From NCBI GenBank assembly GCA_943789275.1, contig CALSTM010000001.1, positions 598,585 through 630,584 of the forward strand: 32,000 bases of DNA. The letters run 5' to 3'. The notes beneath the pieces were generated by a model. It had not been told where the DNA came from. It saw nothing but the letters and a program-made list of their open reading frames with translations, and did no database searches. Origin of the DNA: Candidatus Poseidoniaceae archaeon (GTDB lineage: Archaea > Thermoplasmatota > Poseidoniia > Poseidoniales > Poseidoniaceae). Position 1 is the first letter of the stretch; each line of letters begins with the position of its first letter. This document shows, piece by piece, positions 1-7,249 of this stretch. Both the position numbers and the translations under genes were made by a program.

Positions 1-1
1 C

Positions 2-1423
2 GGTAACATTTCATTGGTGTATTCAGGGAGTGTTCTCTCGTTGCATGCGATTGGTCCACAATTGATGTTCGCAGGACAAGATTCGAGCCTTAACGTCAAA
101 CCGTATGTCTTTGAGCCATCGAACGGTACAGCATGGCAAATTGGGGAGATTTTCCCCGGAGGCTCGAGTTATCCTGGCGATTTCACGCTTATCAACACGA
201 CTGTATTCTTTAGTGCTCGAGACAGTGCTGGTTCAACGGGCACTGGATTGTTTGACCTTTGGGCCTATGAGACGCTTAATTTCAGCATGTGGAAAGTCGA
301 AGCAGACATCCAACCTTCGTCGCTGATTGCCGTCAATTCGGACCTCTATTTCGCAGCTCAACCAGCGATTGGAGTGACTGGAATCGAATTGTGGAAGCAC
401 GACACAAACACAAATACCACCTTCATGGTGAACGATATCAATCCCGGACCTCTCTCTTCGAGCCCGGAACATCTTGTTGCGATGGGAACAACGATCTACA
501 TGTCTGCCAACGCTGGCTCGACCCACGGAACTGAGTTGTATGCTTATGAGACGACCAATAATTCGGCCTGGCTTGCAGCTGATATTCGCACAGGGTCTGC
601 CGGTAGTTCGCCCAATGAACTCGTGATTTTCGGCACCCGAGTCTACTTGCAAGCCACCTCGGGCACTCACTTTGAATTGTGGGCATATGAATCAACCAAC
701 GGTTCCTCATGGCCGGTTACGAACTTCCAATCGAGTTCCAGTTTTGGGGCTCCAAGTGGTTTCACGGAGTTCGATGGTAAACTGTACTTCAAAGCGGACG
801 ATGGAAATGGTGCTGAGCTGTGGGCAACAAGCCCAACGAACAACACGGTCTGGTTGGCTCAAGACATAAATCCTGCAGGCGCAAGTACCCCCTCAGATCT
901 CCATGTGTTCGCAGGAGCGATGTTCTTTTCTGCTGATGACGGAACCAATGGCCGTGAACTTTGGTCAGTAAGTGCTTTTCTCCCAAAACATCTCATTTGT
1001 TTAACGAAAAGTGCATCTTTCGACGAATGCCTCATGCACAAATCAACCGTGAAATCAAATACTGTTTTGAAACAGTTTGAATCGGGGATGAACACTATGG
1101 CTGAATGTGACCCAGTTTTTTCACAAGTAGACAAACTACTCAACTTACTCAATAAATCCAAACTCTTGCACATATTGATGGTTCTTGACCACAAGAACAT
1201 GCCCCTGCACTTCACAGACATCAAAAAAAGAGTCAACTCATCTTCGACGACGGTGACTCGGCGTTTGAAAGAACTCGAGGAAAACGGCCTCGTTGACCGT
1301 ACGGTCCATTCGACTGTGCCAATCACGGTAAAGTACTCGCTCACTCCGAATGCAAAGTTACTCGCACCCAGCATCCAATCCATGTACGACTGGATTGACG
1401 AACAAGAGATTCAATTTGCTTAA
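2..1423 (+). CDS. 5'-truncated ORF: degenerate ELWxxDGT-type beta-propeller repeat protein that continues without a stop codon into the HxlR reading frame
   Basis: The frame is open from the window edge. Repeats of about 45-50 aa end in IELWKHDTNT, TELYAYETTN, FELWAYESTN, AELWATSPTN and RELWSV (last ELW at 955-963). This is the same repeat family as 11114-13663. There is no stop between 969 and 1423. Confidence 0.6.
   Translation, partial: GNISLVYSGSVLSLHAIGPQLMFAGQDSSLNVKPYVFEPSNGTAWQIGEIFPGGSSYPGDFTLINTTVFFSARDSAGSTGTGLFDLWAYETLNFSMWKVEADIQPSSLIAVNSDLYFAAQPAIGVTGIELWKHDTNTNTTFMVNDINPGPLSSSPEHLVAMGTTIYMSANAGSTHGTELYAYETTNNSAWLAADIRTGSAGSSPNELVIFGTRVYLQATSGTHFELWAYESTNGSSWPVTNFQSSSSFGAPSGFTEFDGKLYFKADDGNGAELWATSPTNNTVWLAQDINPAGASTPSDLHVFAGAMFFSADDGTNGRELWSVSAFLPKHLICLTKSASFDECLMHKSTVKSNTVLKQFESGMNTMAECDPVFSQVDKLLNLLNKSKLLHILMVLDHKNMPLHFTDIKKRVNSSSTTVTRRLKELEENGLVDRTVHSTVPITVKYSLTPNAKLLAPSIQSMYDWIDEQEIQFA
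1062..1075. promoter_or_regulatory. Perfect palindrome CTGTTT-TG-AAACAG 13 nt upstream of the HxlR ATG, a candidate operator
   Basis: The inverted repeat was read directly. It sits in a locally AT-richer stretch (970-1087) that looks more like a promoter than coding sequence. Confidence 0.3.
1088..1423 (+). CDS. HxlR-family winged-helix transcriptional regulator (probable independent gene, ATG at 1088 or 1097)
   Basis: The sequence ECDPVF..LLNKSKLLHILMVL..PLHFTDIKKRV..SSTTVTRRLKELEENGLVDRTVHSTVPITVKYSLTPNAKLLAPSIQSMYDW matches the HxlR pattern (CPV, RF.eL, L+eLe.dGlv.R, veYsLT) and the typical size of about 110 aa. Confidence 0.75.
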   Translation: MNTMAECDPVFSQVDKLLNLLNKSKLLHILMVLDHKNMPLHFTDIKKRVNSSSTTVTRRLKELEENGLVDRTVHSTVPITVKYSLTPNAKLLAPSIQSMYDWIDEQEIQFA

Positions 1424-1460
1424 AGTGAAACCACTGTATACAGGGCCATAAGTTCATTTC

Positions 1461-2663
1461 ATGTATCACAGACGGGGAACTGTGCCCATCGATTCAGCAG
1501 AAGCCTTGAGGAGAGCGACTTTGGTACGCAGCGACCCATCGCTCAGCGGTGTGTCGCGTGAAAACATTTCTTTGAAAGAGGGAATATTTGAATGGCAATA
1601 TCGAACACCTGACGGAATGCAAGTCGAGGATGAAGACCTCATTCTGCGATGGAATGCTCTTGGCCTACCACCTGCATGGAGCGAAGTATGGATTTGTCCA
1701 AATGCGAGGGGGCATATCCAAGCGACTGGCTTCGACTCAAAAGGGCGTTTGCAATACCGATACCACCCTGAATGGACCGATATCACAACAGAAATGAAGT
1801 ACGACGATGTGGTTTATTTCGCCTCACAATTGCCTCGGCTGCGCAAGCAAGTGGAACGTGACCTTGAGGAAAGTTCGATGCAACTCCACACTGTTTCTGC
1901 CCTTGTCGTTCGTCTTATCGACTTGTATAACATTCGTGTGGGGAGTGATGAGTATGCAAAAGCAAACAACTCCTATGGATTGACGACACTCAAATCAATG
2001 CATGTCAAACACATCAGGGGTGACGATGCTGAAGGACGACATGATGCAGTGTTTACGTTCACTGGAAAATCCGACAAAAACTGGGAGATTACCATTGAAG
2101 ATGACCATCTTGTGGACCTTATCTTGCGCACCAACCGTTTAGGCGTAAAGAATGCAGACTTGTTCATGTACATCTCCGAGGCGGGGAATGAAGTTGATTT
2201 GAAAGCTGAACACATCAATCAGTACATCCGTGCGAGCAGTGGTGAAGGTTTCACGGCCAAGAATTTCCGAACATGGGGAGCAACCTACCGTTGTGCTGAG
2301 CGATTGGCATTTCTCGCCCAACCCCAGAAAGCCAAAGACATGAAACATTGGCTTCGGAAATTTCCCGATGTCGAATCGATCAACAAAATTTGGACAGATG
2401 GTGATTGGGCCGTACCAACAACTCAATTTGAACGAAACAAAACGATGTTGGCTGTTATTGATACGGTTGCAGCAGACCTTGGCAACACCCGTCCAGTGTG
2501 CCGTTCGTCGTACATTCACCCGTGGTTCCTCAATTCATGGATGGAGGGACGCCTTCTTGAAGCCTGGAACCAGGTCGCAAGTATGCGAAGAATATCAGGA
2601 CTCTCAGCCGGTGAAAGCGCAACTCTGCGAGTTCTCAAAAACCTAAGAAAAAACATTCAGTAA
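1461..2663 (+). CDS. DNA topoisomerase IB, bacterial/poxvirus-like short form
   Basis: Contains FTAKNFRTWGAT (catalytic Arg region) and a C-terminal NTRPVCRSSYIHPWF motif (active-site Tyr in the S-Y-x-H-P context typical of bacterial TopIB). Length is 400 aa. Confidence 0.9.
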   Translation: MYHRRGTVPIDSAEALRRATLVRSDPSLSGVSRENISLKEGIFEWQYRTPDGMQVEDEDLILRWNALGLPPAWSEVWICPNARGHIQATGFDSKGRLQYRYHPEWTDITTEMKYDDVVYFASQLPRLRKQVERDLEESSMQLHTVSALVVRLIDLYNIRVGSDEYAKANNSYGLTTLKSMHVKHIRGDDAEGRHDAVFTFTGKSDKNWEITIEDDHLVDLILRTNRLGVKNADLFMYISEAGNEVDLKAEHINQYIRASSGEGFTAKNFRTWGATYRCAERLAFLAQPQKAKDMKHWLRKFPDVESINKIWTDGDWAVPTTQFERNKTMLAVIDTVAADLGNTRPVCRSSYIHPWFLNSWMEGRLLEAWNQVASMRRISGLSAGESATLRVLKNLRKNIQ

Positions 2664-2711
2664 TCGAGAAGCCCTTGTTTTCCATAGGTCGTTCAATCAA
2701 ACAATCGAGCG

Positions 2712-5700
2712 TTATTGCGCCCAATTTGTCCAGTCGTCAACGGAATGCTTCCGGTAAAACCACCTTCCACTACCGGCCGGATATTCAAGGTATTCCATTC
2801 CGTCTGTTTCATTGATTTGACCTTGCATTTCGACCAAAGGCTGAGTGCCGAGAACTTGAGCGAGAGCATCGTTGGTCTTATCTGACTCATCACTCGCCTC
2901 GAAACGCATCAACGCATCTTGAGACAAATATTCTGTTCGTTCTTTGGTATTGAGTGATCCACTAAGGCCAAAGTAAGCGTCGTTGTGTGCGATGTGGCTT
3001 AATTCAGGTGCTTGCATGCTCAGCAAGTCCAAAATGAGGGTGTTTATTTTCTCAAGGGTAATTTTCTTGACTTCACTGTTCGTGTATCGGGCAGTGAGTT
3101 CTGACTTCAGTTGATACAACTCATCATGCAAAACTCCTACATCTTGATAATAAGTTTGAACCAATGATTTGAGGTACTCCAACTCCCGAATTTCCTCCTT
3201 GTTGAGTTTTGAATCCTTTCGAAACACACGAAGCCATCGAACGGATTCAGGGAGAAAAGCTGCAACAAGGTTGGTCTGTAAGAAACCGAACAACGCCAAT
3301 ATGATTGCTCCAAAACCGACCGTTTGCATCACTGCGCCTTGGTTTCCGGAACTCAGCGATTCAAAGAAACTCGAGCCCTCGTCGTTTTCCACAGCGCAGC
3401 CGTTGATGTTAACAGAAACTCCCGATGATGTCTCGGGGCAGGTATCCTTGAGGTCGTCAACACCATCGCCGTCCTGGTCAAAGAGACATCCGTCAATGTC
3501 GACGTATCCATCTTCGACCGTGCCAGGACAAAGGTCAGAAAGGTCATCGACACCATCGCCGTCAGAATCGCTTGGTGGCGTTTCATTGGAGGATTCGTTG
3601 GAGGATTCATTGGTCCCATCACCCACTTCGTCATCGTAAAGGTCGGCAACACCGTCTCCATCGACGTCGATACATCCAAAATAGCCATCGGCTGTTGAAT
3701 TACCGAACTCGGTGGGACAATGGTCTGCCATGAGGGCTCCGTCAACAAACTGACCTGGCCAGACGAAAAAGCGCGATGAGTTCCAAGTCGAATTACCCCA
3801 ATTATCTCCATAGCCGTCTCCATCGGTATCCGACCATTGCGTGGAGATGTCCACGAAAGCATCTGGGTTGTTTCCAGTAGCGTTGTCACCAAAACCATCG
3901 CCATCGGTATCGGACCATTGCGTAGCGTCATTCGGGAAGGCATCATCGATATTGGCAATTGAATCGCCATCGCTGTCGTCACCGTAGTGTTGTGTGGGGT
4001 TCGGGTCGCTGTTGTCACCTATTCCATCTCCATCGGTATCCAATGTTTCGTTGGCATCGTTGGGGAAAGCATCGGCATTGTCGCCGACTCCGTCACCGTC
4101 TGAATCCACCGATTCATCAGCATTGCTCGGGAATGCATCTGTGTTATCCCCTACACCATCGCCGTCAGAATCGAGCGTTTCACCGGCGTTGTTCGGGAAC
4201 GCATCTCCGTTGTCACCAACGCCGTCTCCATCCGTGTCGAATGTTTCATTGGCATCGTTTGGGAATGCATCAGCGTTGTCACCAGTTCCATCACCATCAG
4301 CATCGCCCCATTCAGAGGCATCCGCAGGGAAGGCATCGGCTGAATCGCTGGTTCCATCACCATCAGCATCAGGACAGCCGGTTCGGTCCAGAGTGGAGGT
4401 ACCGGCAACATTGGGACAGTCATCGTTCGCATTGAGTACCCCATCGCTGTCAAGGTCATCTTGAGAGATGAAGGTGAATGAAGCACCTGTGGGGTGGCTA
4501 ACATCGTTCTTGTCCCAAAGGGTGATGTCGACTGTATCCGCAGTTTGACCAGCCGTTGGTGTTGTCACAACAATCGTCGTGTCGTTGACAACCGTTCCAG
4601 TCACGGAGCCATAATGGCCAAATTGAACGGTTATTTCTTTGGTTTGATTCAAGCCAGTTGATTTCGTGGCGTACTTCAAGACCCCGTCCGTTTCATCGCT
4701 GAAGGCAACGTGCATGACTCCATTTTGGTCGATAAATAGGGAGTTTCCTTTGCCTACATCCCCCGTTGTTGATATGGAACTCTTATCCCAAGAAGTGGTT
4801 GTAGAATTGTATACCGCGTATTTCAAATCCCAGCCAGACCAAGAATTATACACGATATGAGGGGTTCCGGAGGAGTCCAAAGCGATTGAAGGGTCTCGTC
4901 CAGTATGCCCTGTAGAATCAACGATGGTGGTTGTCCATTGTTGATTGGGAGCTCCCGTTGAATACCGTAAATCGTCCTCTTTATCATCGAAGTGAGCCAT
5001 ATGAAATTGCCCTTGTTGATCCATGACCATCGATGTCATGTAACCTGGATACAAATTGCTCGGAGAAGTTCCGAAATCTACATTGTATGTATCCCATGAA
5101 CCGCTTTTGTCCGTTGCGATTTTCAATTTCGAGTTGTCACGGTTTTGGTAGGCGACGTAGATATTGTCATTTTCATCGATAACGAGAGCTGAATCACATC
5201 CACGGTTGTCCCCCTGGTCAACGTTGTTGTAAGACCAATTGGACCCATCATACGAGGCAACACGAAGTCCGTCGCCGCAAAATTCTCCCTCGGCAGCATA
5301 GGAAAGGTGTGGATGGTTGTTCGAGTCAACAGCGATACCAATCGGTCCGAAATTTGCGTTTGAAGAGACCGTTTCGTCGGTCCAATCCGTTCCGTTGTAA
5401 TGCATGTAAACAAGCGTTTCAGACCAGGTTGAGTCCGTCGTGTACGCAACGTGGAGTTCATCGTTGTCGTCAATGACCATGTGAACGTCCCAACAGTATG
5501 TACCCTCACAGTCGTTAATGCTCATTGCATTCCATCCAGCACCCTCATTGACGCTGTGCCTAATCTGGTAATTTTCACCGCTGATATGGACGGCATGAAG
5601 ATGGCCGTTGGAATCCATGACAATCGAGTTGTATCGACCTGCTTCGTCGGTATAGTCCATGGTCGACTTCACCCATTGATGGTTGAGACCGTCATCAGTA

Positions 5701-5936
5701 ATGTTGGTAAAGGCGAGGTCTGAAAAGCCACTTCCAGTCAGCATGATTTCTTCGCCTCCACTGGTCCAACCGTTTGACGGACTGACGGTGTAGGTTGATG
5801 AGCGTGCATCGGATTGACGAATATCGTTGAAGAGGTTCGATTGAATGTCCTGCTGACTGTCATCAGCGAGCATGTGTGCAGTTGGTAAAGTCACCCCGAA
5901 TAACAATACTGTAACCCACAAAGTCATCAAACGCAT
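2712..5936 (-). CDS. Large type-I membrane surface protein: signal peptide, IPT/TIG-like domains, beta-propeller-like repeats, about 12 thrombospondin type-3 Ca-binding repeats, one TM helix and a cytoplasmic coiled-coil tail of about 200 aa
   Basis: The ATG at 5936 is preceded by CAGGAGGACATA (an SD-like GGAGG). The track ORF starts at a GTG at 5975. The N-terminus MRLMTLWVTVLLFGVTLPTAHMLA is signal-like. Repeats HLHAVH, ELHVAY, HPHLSYA, NIYVAYQ, QFHMAHF, TPHIVYN and VMHVAFS are present. The unit DSDGDGVGDNxDAFPNDAxE recurs many times. The TM segment is AVMQTVGFGAIILALFGFLQTNLVAAFL. Confidence 0.9.
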   Translation of the reverse strand: MRLMTLWVTVLLFGVTLPTAHMLADDSQQDIQSNLFNDIRQSDARSSTYTVSPSNGWTSGGEEIMLTGSGFSDLAFTNITDDGLNHQWVKSTMDYTDEAGRYNSIVMDSNGHLHAVHISGENYQIRHSVNEGAGWNAMSINDCEGTYCWDVHMVIDDNDELHVAYTTDSTWSETLVYMHYNGTDWTDETVSSNANFGPIGIAVDSNNHPHLSYAAEGEFCGDGLRVASYDGSNWSYNNVDQGDNRGCDSALVIDENDNIYVAYQNRDNSKLKIATDKSGSWDTYNVDFGTSPSNLYPGYMTSMVMDQQGQFHMAHFDDKEDDLRYSTGAPNQQWTTTIVDSTGHTGRDPSIALDSSGTPHIVYNSWSGWDLKYAVYNSTTTSWDKSSISTTGDVGKGNSLFIDQNGVMHVAFSDETDGVLKYATKSTGLNQTKEITVQFGHYGSVTGTVVNDTTIVVTTPTAGQTADTVDITLWDKNDVSHPTGASFTFISQDDLDSDGVLNANDDCPNVAGTSTLDRTGCPDADGDGTSDSADAFPADASEWGDADGDGTGDNADAFPNDANETFDTDGDGVGDNGDAFPNNAGETLDSDGDGVGDNTDAFPSNADESVDSDGDGVGDNADAFPNDANETLDTDGDGIGDNSDPNPTQHYGDDSDGDSIANIDDAFPNDATQWSDTDGDGFGDNATGNNPDAFVDISTQWSDTDGDGYGDNWGNSTWNSSRFFVWPGQFVDGALMADHCPTEFGNSTADGYFGCIDVDGDGVADLYDDEVGDGTNESSNESSNETPPSDSDGDGVDDLSDLCPGTVEDGYVDIDGCLFDQDGDGVDDLKDTCPETSSGVSVNINGCAVENDEGSSFFESLSSGNQGAVMQTVGFGAIILALFGFLQTNLVAAFLPESVRWLRVFRKDSKLNKEEIRELEYLKSLVQTYYQDVGVLHDELYQLKSELTARYTNSEVKKITLEKINTLILDLLSMQAPELSHIAHNDAYFGLSGSLNTKERTEYLSQDALMRFEASDESDKTNDALAQVLGTQPLVEMQGQINETDGMEYLEYPAGSGRWFYRKHSVDDWTNWAQ
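3420..4465 (-). repeat. Coding tandem repeats (about 69 nt / 23 aa) encoding thrombospondin type-3-like DxDxDGxxDxxD calcium-binding loops
   Basis: Recurring units DTDGDGVGDNGDAFPNNAGETL and DSDGDGVGDNTDAFPSNADESV. They generate several long spurious ORFs in other frames and on the opposite strand. Confidence 0.8.
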
Positions 5937-6093
5937 TATGTCCTCCTGTTCTTCATCGGTAAAAATACTTGTCACAACTTAAAACAAGAAGCCCCTTTCG
6001 TTCAGAGGATTTCCCACCTGCTGCGCTTTGGTATTGAACAAGCGAACAGAAAACTGGAGGTTTACCTTTTTCCAATTCAATGCCCGCCTTTTT

Positions 6094-6111
6094 CCTAATT
6101 ATTTTATTAGG
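6094..6111 (+). promoter_or_regulatory. AT-rich palindrome CCTAAT-TATTTT-ATTAGG, a candidate archaeal TATA/BRE region for the gene starting at 6133
   Basis: It is centred about 30 nt upstream of the ATG at 6133. That spacing fits a leaderless or short-leader archaeal transcript. Confidence 0.35.
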
Positions 6112-6132
6112 TGTGGAATTCTTGGTTCTCTC

Positions 6133-6927
6133 ATGATTTACAAAACGCCTTTCGGACCTGTAAAAACTTCAACTCCGGTTGAAAATGTGACATTCAATGC
6201 CGTACAACGTGCTTTACAATGGTGTGAAACCATCCTCACATCAACGGATTGGATACCCGTTTCTCAAGCAGGCAACATTTCACTTCGTCGAACGATTCAT
6301 GGCCAGACGATAGAAATTTTTCCGCTTGAAGCTGCACGTATGGATTTTGGAATGAAGTCAAGATTCAATGCGGAACATCTTCCGATCAACCTCAACAACC
6401 AGAATGCGTGTGTTCGTTCAATACACCCACGTTCTCGTCCTTTGCATACGGACATGATGGCGAGCATGATACTGCTTTTGGGCCGTACTGATTTTAATCC
6501 CGCTTCTGTTCCAAGGACACTGCATTCGATTCTCACGAAAGAGCAGTTAGCGTCTCTACCACCGCCTCCTCCACCGCGTGGGGCCTACATAGCAGGTCTG
6601 CCTTCAACATCAGGCCGAGCGTTCATCCCCGAGTCCAGAATACTGGAATTGACTCGTCACCACTCGAGTGCGAATTTCACCGTTCAATTTGAGAAGCGAG
6701 ATGGAACACTTCGAAACATGGCCGCAAGAATTGGGTCTTGGATCGGGCCATCTGGGAAAGAAAGGGACACGTATCGAGTGAGTGATGCCATGTCGTATGA
6801 CCCTTCACACTACAACCTCAAAACCGTCTTTGATTTAGAACAAAATGAGTACAGGCACATTGCGACAGACCGTGTAACTCGGATATCTATTGGTGGAGAA
6901 ACCCTGCGTTCTGCATCTGCAGAATGA
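6133..6927 (+). CDS. Hypothetical protein with an internal PPPPPP tract and a possible C-terminal SH3-like beta-barrel (WYL_2/DUF2693-like) module
   Basis: The ORF is open from 6028 (TTG) and the first ATG is at 6133. The C-terminal pattern VQFEKRDGTLRNMAARIG...NLKTVFDLEQNEYRHIATDRVTRISIGG resembles, from memory, the F.K.DG..R.m...vfDle...wR.....v..i pattern of that family. This is not verified. Confidence 0.6.
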   Translation: MIYKTPFGPVKTSTPVENVTFNAVQRALQWCETILTSTDWIPVSQAGNISLRRTIHGQTIEIFPLEAARMDFGMKSRFNAEHLPINLNNQNACVRSIHPRSRPLHTDMMASMILLLGRTDFNPASVPRTLHSILTKEQLASLPPPPPPRGAYIAGLPSTSGRAFIPESRILELTRHHSSANFTVQFEKRDGTLRNMAARIGSWIGPSGKERDTYRVSDAMSYDPSHYNLKTVFDLEQNEYRHIATDRVTRISIGGETLRSASAE

Positions 6928-6945
6928 CGCTTGGCCGATAGAAAT

Positions 6946-7212
6946 ATGCAATGGGCTTTTATTCGATTTAATCTCGAATTTGGAACTCCGCATGTTCTAT
7001 GCAGCGAGTCACTTTTGCCGACAATGAGCCCTGATGGAAAATGGATTTGGAACGGTTCTGAATGGATCCCTGCACCTCCATCACACGATGTCGCTCCAGC
7101 GCAGGCCATCGGAAAAGAGATGATTCAAGTACAACCTACCCAGTTAGTTCAGCCTCAAACGATGATGCAACAACCATCAATTCAGCAACCAGTTATCCAT
7201 CCTCAACAATGA
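6946..7212 (+). CDS. Small Q/P-rich hypothetical protein with a W-rich DGKWIWNGSEWIP motif (alternative start ATG 7024)
   Basis: The ORF is short and only weakly supported. The W-x-W-N-G-x-x-W-x-P motif resembles DUF2510/WW-like modules. Confidence 0.3.
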   Translation: MQWAFIRFNLEFGTPHVLCSESLLPTMSPDGKWIWNGSEWIPAPPSHDVAPAQAIGKEMIQVQPTQLVQPQTMMQQPSIQQPVIHPQQ

Positions 7213-7249
7213 GTTTTGATTCATGGACCTTCGAGTCATACGTTTTGGC

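Noticed and set aside
3353-4504. Several 117-221 aa ORFs in other frames and on the opposite strand within the TSP3 repeat region (3353-4018 minus, 3959-4435 plus, 3994-4464 plus, 4151-4504 minus)
   Set aside because: They are low-complexity translations generated by the periodic GAY/GGN repeat DNA. The minus-strand frame encoding canonical DxDxDGxxD loops explains the region.
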